Positions 8,524 through 17,806 of a stretch of DNA of 64,000 bases are shown one piece after another. A program made the translations under genes and the position numbers. The stretch spans positions 2,314 through 66,313 of the forward strand of contig JACWAH010000001.1 in the NCBI GenBank assembly GCA_014874365.1, written 5' to 3'. The DNA is from Thermoplasmatales archaeon. GTDB taxonomy: Archaea; Thermoplasmatota; Thermoplasmata; Thermoplasmatales; Thermoplasmataceae. How positions within the stretch are numbered: position 1 is the stretch's first letter; every line of letters starts with the position of its first letter. The notes beneath the pieces are model-generated. The model was not told where the DNA came from. It saw nothing but the letters and a program-made list of their open reading frames with translations, and did not search any database.

Positions 8524-8648
8524 TTTGGTCCATAATGCATTGGAATATTAACGGTATCTAATACCCGTGAATGTCAAATTCCAGCAACAATATGCATGTT
8601 CGTCAGGAGTTAGAACGAATTTCTTATATATCGGTAAGAATTTGCTTA

Positions 8649-8726
8649 ATGGTCAACATGGTAAGCGCAAGAAGAAGAGATTTCGATGATGACAGCGACA
8701 CCGACGAAGAAGATGACGATTTCTAA
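8649..8726 (+). CDS. Possible micro-protein (25 aa) with a basic N-terminus and extremely acidic C-terminal tail
   Basis: MVNMVSARRRDFDDDSDTDEEDDDF. A TATA-like ttatatat (8623-8630) lies about 20 nt upstream of the ATG, compatible with a leaderless mRNA. A T7 run (about 8746-8752) follows the stop. No homology was recognised. Confidence 0.3.
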   Translation: MVNMVSARRRDFDDDSDTDEEDDDF

Positions 8727-8904
8727 AGTCGGCAGGCTATTCGGTATCTTTTTTTGTGTTTAGGCACTTGGTAAAATCGTGAACTTTTCATTTTGTTTTA
8801 CCTCTTATTGTTATTTTAATACTTTCATAAATCCATATTGATTTGCCTGTTTGCGCGGGGCAACACTATTATTACGAATTATGATTGTCGTGCAGAGGCC
8901 ACCA

Positions 8905-9336
8905 ATGATAGACATTACGGAGAAGGATATTGTTGAGCGGAGGGCTGTTGCCGAAGGGAAGATTAACCTGAAGCGATCAACGATTCAGCAAATAAGGGAT
9001 CTGAAAATCAAAAAGGGGGATGTACTCACAGTTGCAAGAGTCGCTGGAATTGATGCAGTGAAGAATACACCTTCATTGATACCATTCTGCCATCAGATCC
9101 CAATTGAATTCGCAGATGTTACTTTCGATGTGGGCGATACATGGATTAAGTGCAGGTGCGAAGTGAAGGCGATTTATAAAACCGGGGTGGAAATGGAATC
9201 GCTGTCAGGTGTTATGGGCTCCCTGCTCACTATCTGGGATATGGTAAAGTATCTCGAGAAAGACTCTACAGGAAATTATCCCGAGACAGGAATCTCGGAG
9301 ATAAGAGTTATTCAAAAAGTTAAGGGTCAAAAATGA
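8905..9336 (+). CDS. moaC: Cyclic pyranopterin monophosphate synthase MoaC
   Basis: MIDITEKDIVERRAVAEGKI..., VARVAGIDAVKNTPSLIPFCHQIP and GVEMESLSGV are MoaC hallmarks. Start chosen at ATG 8905; the track ORF starts at an upstream TTG (8851). Confidence 0.9.
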   Translation: MIDITEKDIVERRAVAEGKINLKRSTIQQIRDLKIKKGDVLTVARVAGIDAVKNTPSLIPFCHQIPIEFADVTFDVGDTWIKCRCEVKAIYKTGVEMESLSGVMGSLLTIWDMVKYLEKDSTGNYPETGISEIRVIQKVKGQK

Positions 9337-9812
9337 ATCATGGTCATTTTCATGCAGAGAAGAAACTCAGGTTCGCAATAATACTTGTATCCACTACGCG
9401 AACGCTGAAAGAGGATGTCTCTGGTGAAAAGCTTTCAGCCTTGATCGGTAGTTATGCAGAGAGCATTGTAAGGGACAGTTCCCATGATGATTCGGATGAA
9501 ATACTGGGAGCCCTGAAAAGGGCTCTCCCCATCTCCGATGTGGTTGTGTTCATTGGAGGGACCGGGCTCAGCAAGTATGACCTTACAACGACTACGCTAA
9601 GAAAAATCAGTGAAAGAGAAGTCTCTGGTTTTGGGGAGCTCTTTCGATCAAGTTCAGGAAATCAATACGCCTATCTGTCTGATGCGACTATGTTTCTGTA
9701 TTCAGGACGAATTATATGCTGTTTGCCAGGCAGCCCGGATGCCATGGAAGTGGGTGCTGAAGTGATAAAGAAACTGGTAAGTCATGCGTTTCATGAGCTT
9801 CATAAGGAATAA
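9333..9812 (+). CDS. moaB: Molybdenum cofactor biosynthesis protein MoaB/MogA family
   Basis: 159 aa. FAIILVSTTR..., VVVFIGGTGLSKYDLT and CLPGSPDA are MoCF_biosynth domain motifs. There is a 4-nt overlap with moaC. Confidence 0.85.
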   Translation: MNHGHFHAEKKLRFAIILVSTTRTLKEDVSGEKLSALIGSYAESIVRDSSHDDSDEILGALKRALPISDVVVFIGGTGLSKYDLTTTTLRKISEREVSGFGELFRSSSGNQYAYLSDATMFLYSGRIICCLPGSPDAMEVGAEVIKKLVSHAFHELHKE

Positions 9813-9891
9813 CAGCCTGCATTGAACCAGGACGAATTTAGGCGAGAACCCGTTGAATCAGAAAGTAGTGTTTAGAACAATACCTGTCAGG

Positions 9892-10620
9892 CTAGCGCAA
9901 TTTGTTCCCGCAAGTCCTGCAGTCAGGATTCCTCTGTGTTTCTATGGTTTCAACAGTGTTCTTCAGTGAATCGGCAATCTTTATGAATCCCGTGATTTCG
10001 CTTCCCATCAATATCGATACTGATGTGGATACGCCAATGGATGCCGTCATGGATACTGCGGGAGGAAATATTCCAATCTGAGAACATGACCCTTCTTCCA
10101 TTTTTGGGATGTTCAGGCAATCCAGGCAGGCGGTTTTTCCCGGCACCACTGGAATCACCTCTCCCCAATATTGCAAAGAAGAGGTCATTACAAATGGGAT
10201 TCCCAGTTTCACGCATGCACGATTCAGCGCGAATCTTGCCGCGAAATTATCAGTGCCATCATAAACAAGCGAAGATCCTTCGATAATCCCGGACACATTT
10301 TCAGCGTCGAGATGTTTGTTCACAACCTCCACCTGCATTTCCCTGTTGATGAGCTTCAACGCTCCTGCTGCTTCAACTACCTTCTGCTTTCCAACGGAAG
10401 ATTCACCGTAGAGGAACTGCCTGTGCAGGTTGTTTTCCCTGACAACATCATCATCCACGATCCTGAGTTTTCCAATGCCCATTCTTGCAAATAACTCTGC
10501 TGAAACCGATCCATTACCCCCAATGCCAACAATGGTTACCATAGATTGTGAAAGCTTTTTCTGGCCGCTGATTGAAATTTCCCTTAACGCAATCTGTCCC
10601 GAATACCTGTTGATATTCAC
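9892..10620 (-). CDS. moeB: ThiF/MoeB/UbaA-family E1-like adenylyltransferase
   Basis: RYSGQIAL...GQKKLSQSMVTIVGIGGNGS (nucleotide-binding GxGxxG), LRIVDDDVV..NLHRQ, and C-terminal CLDC...CRTC zinc motifs. It sits next to moaD. Confidence 0.8.
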   Translation of the reverse strand: MNINRYSGQIALREISISGQKKLSQSMVTIVGIGGNGSVSAELFARMGIGKLRIVDDDVVRENNLHRQFLYGESSVGKQKVVEAAGALKLINREMQVEVVNKHLDAENVSGIIEGSSLVYDGTDNFAARFALNRACVKLGIPFVMTSSLQYWGEVIPVVPGKTACLDCLNIPKMEEGSCSQIGIFPPAVSMTASIGVSTSVSILMGSEITGFIKIADSLKNTVETIETQRNPDCRTCGNKLR

Positions 10621-10720
10621 CGCAACTCACCACTCATCTGGCTGTTCTTGTTGGGAATCCATCGTAACCAATGCAAGTGTTCAACCTGGCAGCACGGGAG
10701 AAAAGCTATCCAGCCGACTT

Positions 10721-10957
10721 TCAGCCCCCGCTCACCGGCGGGAATATTGCCACAGTGTCGCCTTCGGCAAGGATGGTGCTGTCATCCGAATATCTCTCAT
10801 TCACCGCTACCATCATCCCCTTCCTGGACAACTCAGGATGCAGATCATTTATCACTTTCTTGAGTTGCATTATGTTCGTTCCTTCGAACTCCAGGATCTC
10901 ATTTGAAGTGCCGGTAACCTCGGTGAACATCGCAAAATATCGCACGCTAAGCTTCAT
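10721..10957 (-). CDS. moaD: Molybdopterin synthase sulfur-carrier subunit MoaD (ubiquitin-like, C-terminal GG)
   Basis: 78 aa ending ...GDTVAIFPPVSGG. It lies between moaA and the E1-like gene. Confidence 0.85.
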   Translation of the reverse strand: MKLSVRYFAMFTEVTGTSNEILEFEGTNIMQLKKVINDLHPELSRKGMMVAVNERYSDDSTILAEGDTVAIFPPVSGG

Positions 10958-11951
10958 CTTCCAATCTCCAGTAAGGCTCCCTCTTACTTACTGCAGTCCT
11001 ATACGCCCCGGACAGGTCCTGATCACTCTTTTCATTTCTCAGGATTCCCATAATGTCTGTCTGGTTATCATTTGTCATGAGACAGGTCTTGAGTTTTCCT
11101 CCAGAAGTAACCCGCAGCCTGGTGCAACTCATGCAGAATCCGGAATTGTGCATGGGCCTCACGAATTCTATCTTCAGTGGTCGCCCATTGTGATCGATCG
11201 TATACTTGTATCTTTCATGCAGGATGTTCTTCTCCCGGTTCAGTGACCTGGCTGCGATTTCTTTCTCCATCGGGTAGATGTCATAATGATATCTTCTGTA
11301 GAAGTCCTGTTTTTCGCCTTCCTTTGTTGCTTCCAGCTCGATAAGCTGCAGTGTAACGCCTTCTTTTGCGCAAAGGTCCATCATTTCCGGTACTTTGTCC
11401 ACATTAACTTCCTTCAGTACTACAAAATTGAGCTTAATCTGGCTCAAACCTGCCTCTTTTGCAGCGGCAAGCCCTTCCAGCACAATATCCATGGCATCCA
11501 CGCCGGTGATCTGTATGAATCCCGCAGGATCAGATGCGTGCAATGAGATATTCACCCTATCCAGGCCCGCTTCCTTAAGGTCCTTTGCAAGTTTTCCCAG
11601 CAATACTCCATTGGTGGTCAGTGAAAGATCTCCCTTAACATGTGGTCTTGTTCTTGAGATTATTTCAAGGATGTCTCTCCTCAGAAGGGGCTCTCCACCT
11701 GTGAACTTGACCCTTGTCATTCCATTCATTGCCGCTACCTGGACTATCCTCTCTATCTCCTCAGGGGTCATTTCCTGGCTGTTGATCCCTGTGCCCTCCA
11801 TGTGGCAGAATATGCAGGAAAAATTGCATACAGCGTTCAACTGAATTCTAAGGCTGTTCACCGTGCGCCCATAACTGTCCACTGGAGGTTGGACCAGAGT
11901 GTTACTATCCATGGACATATTTGGCAAAATTGATCTGTTAATCAATGCCAA
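10947..11951 (-). CDS. moaA: GTP 3',8-cyclase MoaA (radical SAM)
   Basis: LRIQLNAVCNFSCIFCHMEG (CxxxCxxC), VKFTGGEPLLRRD, and C-terminal GFCMSCTRLRVTSGGKLKTCL (second cluster). Confidence 0.92.
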   Translation of the reverse strand: MALINRSILPNMSMDSNTLVQPPVDSYGRTVNSLRIQLNAVCNFSCIFCHMEGTGINSQEMTPEEIERIVQVAAMNGMTRVKFTGGEPLLRRDILEIISRTRPHVKGDLSLTTNGVLLGKLAKDLKEAGLDRVNISLHASDPAGFIQITGVDAMDIVLEGLAAAKEAGLSQIKLNFVVLKEVNVDKVPEMMDLCAKEGVTLQLIELEATKEGEKQDFYRRYHYDIYPMEKEIAARSLNREKNILHERYKYTIDHNGRPLKIEFVRPMHNSGFCMSCTRLRVTSGGKLKTCLMTNDNQTDIMGILRNEKSDQDLSGAYRTAVSKREPYWRLEDEA

Positions 11952-12349
11952 GATTCTCCACCTTCCAGGAATATATCCTTCTTCCAGATAGGAGCCTTAG
12001 TTTTTACAAGGTCCACAAACTCAGAACATGCACCGAATGCTTCTTTTCTATGCTCTGAACTGACTGCAACAAAGAATGAGGTTTCTCCCGGTCCCAGGAA
12101 TCCGACCCTGTGAAAAGCCACCAGATCAACCAGGTTGAATTTCCTGATGACGGCCTCGCCTGTTTCAGAAAGCACCTTTTCCGCCATCTCCCTGTAACAA
12201 TCGTATTGCAATCCCCTGAGCCTCTTCCCTTTTTCGTTATCCCTGACAACACCTGAAAATGATACAACTGCACCCTGGCCCCTGTCTTCCAGACGAGCCA
12301 GGTAAGATTCTCTGGTTACAGGGGACTCCTCAATTTTCACCCACATCAC
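11942..12349 (-). CDS. moaE: Molybdopterin synthase catalytic subunit MoaE
   Basis: GAVVSFSGVVRDN..., FHRVGFLGPGETSFFVAVSSEHRKEAF and KTKAPIWKKD are typical MoaE motifs. Confidence 0.9.
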   Translation of the reverse strand: MMWVKIEESPVTRESYLARLEDRGQGAVVSFSGVVRDNEKGKRLRGLQYDCYREMAEKVLSETGEAVIRKFNLVDLVAFHRVGFLGPGETSFFVAVSSEHRKEAFGACSEFVDLVKTKAPIWKKDIFLEGGESWH

Positions 12350-14370
12350 TTTACCCTGGACCTTGCGTTGACGATCTCTTCAGGCGAAACCGGAGTTTTA
12401 CGTATCCTGATTCCGGCACTCCTTTCTATCGCCCTAACTAAAGCAGTCGGGACACCAATTGTGGGGGATTCCCCGACACCCTTTGCACCATGTGGAAAGC
12501 GGGATGGTACTTCCTCCAGATAAACGTCGATGTCTGGGGACTGCACAGAATTAAGTACCCCGGAATCTGAAAGTGAGGCTGCCATCAGCTGGCCATCCTG
12601 GTCAAACTCAATATTTTCACTCAGCACCTGCCCGACTCCCTGAACAGCGCCTCCCTTGATCTGTGAAACTACCACATCGGGAACAAGCGCTTTTCCAACG
12701 TCATAATACGCCTTGAGTTTGGACACCCTCACGTTTCCGGCTGCGTCTGCATCCGCCACAGCAAGGTTGGCACAGAATGAGATGAGCATCCCTTTTTCGT
12801 TTGCGTACTCATATTCATCGTAATCTCCTGAAAGAAGAGCCCTGGCAGTATAGGCACCTTTGTCCTTCTTGACGTGAGCAATTACCTTATCTGCGACCTT
12901 TAACAGCGCATTGGCTCCAACTATTGCAGATCTGCTTCCCCAGCTTCCCACCCCTTCCTTCAGCATATCGGTATCGCCAAGCTGTAATTCAATTATCGAA
13001 GGGTCAACGCCGAATTTCCCGGAAAGGAGCTTTGCTACCCAAAGGTCATGCCTCTGGCCATGAGCGTTACCTCCCAGCCAGACATTTATTCTTCCTCTTT
13101 CAACTTTTATCCTGCAGCTTTCACCGTCCGAGACAGCAGGAATCAGGGCAAAACAAGAGATTCCAGGCTTAGATTCCCTTGCCAATCGCCTGTATTCCAT
13201 TTTCTCAAACGCCCTGGCCATAAAGCCGGCAGATGCCTCTATCTCCATTCCTGTTGGAGACCTGAATTTATCTTTAGCCGCATTCAGGAGCCTGATATCT
13301 AAAGGGTCTGCCCCGATTTCATCCGCCAGAAGGTCAATCATCCTCTCCATCATAAACGATGCTTCCGGTCTTCCTGCTCCCCTGTAGGGTCCCTGCTCAA
13401 CCTTGTTTGTCATAACCGAGCGCGCGTGGAAATATGCATTTGGTATTGCATAGGGCCCGGTGATCTGGAAAGCTATCCAGCCTGAAGACCAGGAAGCGCC
13501 CCCATAAGCACCGGCGTCCACTATGACGTCACCTGAAATTCCCTTTATAACGCCAGATTTCATTGCGTGGATCCTCATGTTGCCAACAACTCCTCTCCCC
13601 GGCCTGGACGCCATAAGATGTTCCCTTCTCGTCTCAATCCACTTGACCGGGACCTTCAATTTCATTGCAAGTGAGGCAGCTACGATATATTCAGGATATA
13701 CTCCTCCCTTGAGCCCAAAGGCACCACCAGTATCTGTCTGAATTACCCTGACTGATTCTTTACCTAGATTCATGGACTCGCAAATTCCGTCTCTCACACT
13801 GTGGGCAGATTGAGTTGGAGTCCAAACTGTCAATTTAGTACCATCGTATGCAGCTACAATTCCCCGGGTTTCCAGGGGATTGGTGGCCACCCTCCTGTTT
13901 TCGAGCCTGTCTTCCAAAACTATCTCAGCTTCTCCTGCGGAAAATTCCTTCCCGACATATCTGTCTGAGATAATGTTAGTCTTTACGCCCGGAATGACGG
14001 GTTCCGAATTCAAAGCTTCAACGGGATCTAAAATTGGTTTCAGAGGGTCATAGTCAATTTCCACGCTGTCCAGATTATCCTCCGCTTCATACCGGTTCTT
14101 CCCCGTAACTGCCGCTATTGGTTCACCCAGGTATGCAGCAAATTTGCTTGCAAGAACAGGAGCCCTCAAGCTGAGGTCTTCTTCCGTGGCCCCTTCTCCG
14201 GCTGATGCCATGAAATAAGGGAAATCCCTGGCAGTGTAGCCCCCTTTGACGTACAACAACTTTGCGCGGGAATAGTTGCTTCTGGCAAAGGCTATGTGAA
14301 CCATTCCAGGGAAAGAAATATCATCAACGAATCTTCCCTTCCCGTTAACTATATCCGTAATGCTGCTCAT
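12346..14370 (-). CDS. Xanthine-oxidase-family molybdoenzyme, large (molybdopterin-binding) subunit; CoxL/CutL-like but not a form-I CO dehydrogenase
   Basis: 674 aa. It has Ald_Xan_dh_C-type segments. The active-site loop reads EQGPYRGAGRPEA (AYRGAGR type), not AYxCSFR. It is in an operon with 2Fe-2S and FAD subunits. Confidence 0.88.
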   Translation of the reverse strand: MSSITDIVNGKGRFVDDISFPGMVHIAFARSNYSRAKLLYVKGGYTARDFPYFMASAGEGATEEDLSLRAPVLASKFAAYLGEPIAAVTGKNRYEAEDNLDSVEIDYDPLKPILDPVEALNSEPVIPGVKTNIISDRYVGKEFSAGEAEIVLEDRLENRRVATNPLETRGIVAAYDGTKLTVWTPTQSAHSVRDGICESMNLGKESVRVIQTDTGGAFGLKGGVYPEYIVAASLAMKLKVPVKWIETRREHLMASRPGRGVVGNMRIHAMKSGVIKGISGDVIVDAGAYGGASWSSGWIAFQITGPYAIPNAYFHARSVMTNKVEQGPYRGAGRPEASFMMERMIDLLADEIGADPLDIRLLNAAKDKFRSPTGMEIEASAGFMARAFEKMEYRRLARESKPGISCFALIPAVSDGESCRIKVERGRINVWLGGNAHGQRHDLWVAKLLSGKFGVDPSIIELQLGDTDMLKEGVGSWGSRSAIVGANALLKVADKVIAHVKKDKGAYTARALLSGDYDEYEYANEKGMLISFCANLAVADADAAGNVRVSKLKAYYDVGKALVPDVVVSQIKGGAVQGVGQVLSENIEFDQDGQLMAASLSDSGVLNSVQSPDIDVYLEEVPSRFPHGAKGVGESPTIGVPTALVRAIERSAGIRIRKTPVSPEEIVNARSRVK

Positions 14371-14371
14371 T

Positions 14372-14881
14372 TTATCTCCTCACCAATTCCGGTGATTCCG
14401 GGAGCTTTTCGCGAGCAGTTTCCCCTTTTACGGATTTTACTGCTTCAACTATTCCATGGTAACCTGTGCATCTGCATATGTTTCCAGAGATAGCCTCCCT
14501 GATCTCCTTTTCGTTGGGGTCCGATTTTTTTCTCAGCAACGAATAGCTGGATATGAGCATCCCGGAAGTACAGAATCCGCATTGCAATCCATGCTTCTCT
14601 ATAAATTCCTCCTTGAGCCTTTTCATCAGCGGTTCTTCTCCCAGCCCTTCTAGGGTTCTTACTTCCCTGTCGTCAGCCTGGACGGCAAGTACCGTACAGG
14701 ATTTTACAGGTTTACCGTCAAGCAGGACAGTACAGGCTCCGCAATTGCTCGTATCGCATCCCATATGAGTTGCTGTAAGATCTGCAAATTCTCTAACAAA
14801 GTCCAGAAGCAGGGTTCTGGGCTCTACCTCTCTCTCGAATTTCCGTCCATTGAGCTTTATGTTTACCTTTACGTTCTTCAT
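14372..14881 (-). CDS. Xanthine-oxidase-family enzyme, small [2Fe-2S] subunit (CoxS/CutS-like)
   Basis: 169 aa. GCDTSNCGACTV and LQCGFCTSGM...NICRCTGY are the two 2Fe-2S binding motifs. Confidence 0.92.
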   Translation of the reverse strand: MKNVKVNIKLNGRKFEREVEPRTLLLDFVREFADLTATHMGCDTSNCGACTVLLDGKPVKSCTVLAVQADDREVRTLEGLGEEPLMKRLKEEFIEKHGLQCGFCTSGMLISSYSLLRKKSDPNEKEIREAISGNICRCTGYHGIVEAVKSVKGETAREKLPESPELVRR

Positions 14882-15759
14882 GTTAACCCAGCCTCCGCTC
14901 TCTTGTACGCCAGTGCAAGCGCTTCGGTCACAAGATAAGAAGCAATATATCTCTTATATTCTGCTGAGGCGAAGAAATCGGATTCCACTGATATGCCGTT
15001 TTTCACTATATTATTGATTTCTTTCAGCAATCCTGTATTGATCTTCTTTCCCTGCAGATGGGAATCAACGGATTTCATCAGATAAGGCCTGGGAAAGATG
15101 GAACCCAGTACAGTCCTGGAACTCAGGCAATTCATATCATCGTCCAGGTGGAGTACCGTCGCTACAGAAGCAAGTGAAAAATCTCCGGAACTTTTTGCCT
15201 GTTTCATGAATGCCGAAGTTGCGTTTCCGCCATTCCTCGGTATTCTTACTGCGGTAAGCACCTCATTATGCGACAGTCCTGTTGAAAAAGCCCCCTGGAA
15301 GAATTTATCTGATTTCTCGACCCTCTGGTTCCCATTCCCGGATATCACGAACTCTGCATCCAGTGCAGTCATGACCGGTGGAAGGTCATTTCCCGGATCA
15401 GCATGTGAAAGGTTCCCGCCAACAGTTCCCATGTTGCGGACCAGCGGATCGGCTATGCCCGCAGCAGCTTCATGTAGCGCAGGAATATATTTTGATACAG
15501 ATCTGTTCTCTTCCAGTGATCCAACCTTGTAGGATGCGCCAATTTCGATAAATCCATTATCTTCCCTGAAGGAATCTAATGCCGCAATTCCACCTATGTC
15601 AACAAGCAGGTCTATGGTCATGATTCTTGTTTTAAGCAGGGGAATCAAGCTTTGTCCACCCGCCAATACCTTGGAATTCTCAACTTCAGACAATGCTTTA
15701 ACTGCGTCCCGGATCGATGAGACCTTTAAATAATCAAACTTCCCAGGTGTTGATCCCAT
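14878..15759 (-). CDS. Xanthine-oxidase-family enzyme, medium FAD-binding subunit (CoxM/CutM-like)
   Basis: 293 aa. VLAGGQSLIPLLKTR and GTVGGNLSHADPGNDLPP are FAD_binding_5 motifs. Confidence 0.9.
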   Translation of the reverse strand: MGSTPGKFDYLKVSSIRDAVKALSEVENSKVLAGGQSLIPLLKTRIMTIDLLVDIGGIAALDSFREDNGFIEIGASYKVGSLEENRSVSKYIPALHEAAAGIADPLVRNMGTVGGNLSHADPGNDLPPVMTALDAEFVISGNGNQRVEKSDKFFQGAFSTGLSHNEVLTAVRIPRNGGNATSAFMKQAKSSGDFSLASVATVLHLDDDMNCLSSRTVLGSIFPRPYLMKSVDSHLQGKKINTGLLKEINNIVKNGISVESDFFASAEYKRYIASYLVTEALALAYKRAEAGLT

Positions 15760-15762
15760 AAA

Positions 15763-16665
15763 TTACTGATTATCTCTTCCTATTACCGTTTTTTGATCTT
15801 TCTTTTTGACATTTTTGTTCTTGTGAGCGATTATCTCTGAGATTATACTGATGGCTATTTCCTGTGGAGTTACTGAACCGATGTCCAGTCCCACGGGTGC
15901 GCGTATTCTCCCGATGAATTCTTCCGGAACGCCTTTCTCCTTCAGGTCGCCGAAATCCTTTTCAATCCTTTTCCTGCTTGCCATAAGGCCAATATATCCT
16001 GCTTTCGAGTTCTGGATACCAGTAAGCACGTCTAAGTCCCTTGTACCCTTAGTAAGTACTACGATGGAATCGCTCTCAAGGGTTTCAAATTTATTCAAAT
16101 CAAAGCCCAGATCTTCATGGAAAACATCAGGATTATCGTCCGTTTTTGTCGGGTTTATTAGCACAGTAGTGAAGCCAAGCCATTTGGCAAGATATAAGAG
16201 GCTCGATTGTACCTCGTCCCGGCCTCCCTGTCCAATGACAATTATCCTGCTTTGTCCTCCATATGGGTCCAGGAATATCTCGAGATTGCCGCCGCAGAAG
16301 GTTTCCACAAAAACTTCATTTTCAGCTGCTTTTTGCTGTAGTTTCAGTCCTGTCTCTGCTTCCTCAAGATGCACTTTCACAATTATGGGGGCGCCAGTTT
16401 CCATAACCTTTGAAATATACGGCGTCACTGCTGATTCGGGGCAACCCCCTCCAAATCCACCGGCAAGAACCTTCCCTTCAGGCGAGAAGAGTGTTTTGAA
16501 ACCCGGTTTTGCCAGTGTGGAACCTTCACTTTTTACTACCGTCGCCAGGAGAAACGCTTTTCCATCGTTTTTCAATTTGGAAACCAATTCGAGCGGATCG
16601 TTGTTCACAGCTTTAAAAGTCATCATGGTATTAATCCATAACTGTTGATTGGATTGAATTGCCAT
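15763..16665 (-). CDS. XdhC/CoxI-family molybdoenzyme maturation chaperone
   Basis: 300 aa. N-terminal LATVVKSEGSTLAKPG (XdhC_CoxI) and central IIVIGQGGRDEVQSS Rossmann-like XdhC_C segment. It lies directly downstream of the three enzyme subunits. Confidence 0.85.
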   Translation of the reverse strand: MAIQSNQQLWINTMMTFKAVNNDPLELVSKLKNDGKAFLLATVVKSEGSTLAKPGFKTLFSPEGKVLAGGFGGGCPESAVTPYISKVMETGAPIIVKVHLEEAETGLKLQQKAAENEVFVETFCGGNLEIFLDPYGGQSRIIVIGQGGRDEVQSSLLYLAKWLGFTTVLINPTKTDDNPDVFHEDLGFDLNKFETLESDSIVVLTKGTRDLDVLTGIQNSKAGYIGLMASRKRIEKDFGDLKEKGVPEEFIGRIRAPVGLDIGSVTPQEIAISIISEIIAHKNKNVKKKDQKTVIGRDNQ

Positions 16666-16748
16666 TTTTCTTCAAATATATATATCTTGATCAACGCGCA
16701 TTAGCTGTTCTTATCTATCCCTATTCTATTGTCTTCCGCTGATGCTGA

Positions 16749-17189
16749 ATGGAATTCGACGGAACGATGGAGATACTCAGGCCCGTGGATAAAGTGATGG
16801 AATTCGTTTCAAATTCGAGAAACGTCGTTGAAGCCCTCCCTGGACTGGAATCCAGCGAGGTAAAGGATGACACCCATCTTTCGGTGAGGGTCAAAATGGG
16901 GACTTCTTTCATAAAGGGGAAATTCAACATGGATTTGGAGATTGAAAGGAAAGAAGATAACGTTCTGGAAGTGAAGGGCAAAGGCAAGGGTTCTGGAAGC
17001 TCCCTGGAAATCAGGATAACCGCTCGAATAATGCCAATTGATTCTGGAAGGTGCAGGATCGACTGGGCTGCTACTGCTCAGGTCGGTGGCGCCATTGCGT
17101 CTATCGGATCCAGGTTCATCCAGGCTTCGGCAAAATCTTATCTTGCAGAATTCATAGAAAATGTGAAAGAGAAGCTGGAATCCTCTTAA
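16749..17189 (+). CDS. CoxG-like SRPBCC-fold protein
   Basis: 146 aa. MEFDGTMEILRPVDKVMEFVSN...VEALPGLES...KGKFNMDLEIE is the typical CoxG pattern. It is divergent from the xdhC-like gene. Confidence 0.75.
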   Translation: MEFDGTMEILRPVDKVMEFVSNSRNVVEALPGLESSEVKDDTHLSVRVKMGTSFIKGKFNMDLEIERKEDNVLEVKGKGKGSGSSLEIRITARIMPIDSGRCRIDWAATAQVGGAIASIGSRFIQASAKSYLAEFIENVKEKLESS

Positions 17190-17806
17190 TGTCTTTGAAC
17201 GAACTTCCGAACGACTTATACGCGATCCTTCTTGCATCAGGTTTGTCCAGCAGATTTCATGGAGATAAACTATTGGAGGAGATTGGCGGCAGGGCAATTG
17301 CCAGGATTTCTGCTGAAAATATCCGCTCTGCAGGCATTGGAAACATGGTTATAGTGGCAAATCCTGAGGTAAAAAAATTACTCGGCAACGAAGGTTACCG
17401 CCACATTGTGCTTAATGAAAATCCAGAAGAAGGAATTGGCTACGCGATACGCCTGGGAGTTTCGCATGTTACGGAATCTGCCCACATAGTGATTTTTCCT
17501 TCCGACATGCCCTTATTCGGGGCTGCAATGATTCAGAAATTGATCGGCTTTTTTTATGAAGACACCTCGGCAATAGCATGTTGCAATCTCAACGGAATCA
17601 GGATGAGCCCAACTGTTTTCCCAAAAAGTTGCAGGAAAGATCTCCTGACGCTGAAGTCGGATAAAGGCGGTATATCGATCATCAACTCCGGGAAATATCA
17701 AGTAAGGGATCTGATTATCGGAGACAGTAATATTATGCAGGATGTTGATACAACGGATGATCTGGAACTTGCACGCAGGATTTCGGCAATGTATTTGAGC
17801 AAATAA
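17189..17806 (+). CDS. MobA-like NTP transferase, probable molybdenum cofactor cytidylyltransferase (MocA-like)
   Basis: Start at ATG 17189 in a TAATG overlap with the coxG-like stop. LYAILLASGLSSRFHG, IVIFPSDMPLF and C-terminal DVDTTDDLE match the family. The track ORF from 17051 is a 5' extension within the coxG-like gene. Confidence 0.75.
   Translation: MSLNELPNDLYAILLASGLSSRFHGDKLLEEIGGRAIARISAENIRSAGIGNMVIVANPEVKKLLGNEGYRHIVLNENPEEGIGYAIRLGVSHVTESAHIVIFPSDMPLFGAAMIQKLIGFFYEDTSAIACCNLNGIRMSPTVFPKSCRKDLLTLKSDKGGISIINSGKYQVRDLIIGDSNIMQDVDTTDDLELARRISAMYLSK

Noticed and set aside
12346-15759. Calling the CoxLMS-like operon an aerobic CO dehydrogenase
   Set aside because: The active-site loop is PYRGAGR, not AYxCSFR. 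It is annotated only as a xanthine-oxidase-family molybdoenzyme.
15851-16648. Long antisense ORFs inside well-supported genes. Examples: 15851-16648 (265 aa), 53077-53670 (197 aa), 10671-11246 (191 aa), 27912-28481 (189 aa), 19840-20328, 16809-17297
   Set aside because: Each lies entirely opposite a gene with clear family motifs. They have low-complexity Ser/Pro/Leu-rich translations and no recognisable motifs, so they are shadow ORFs.
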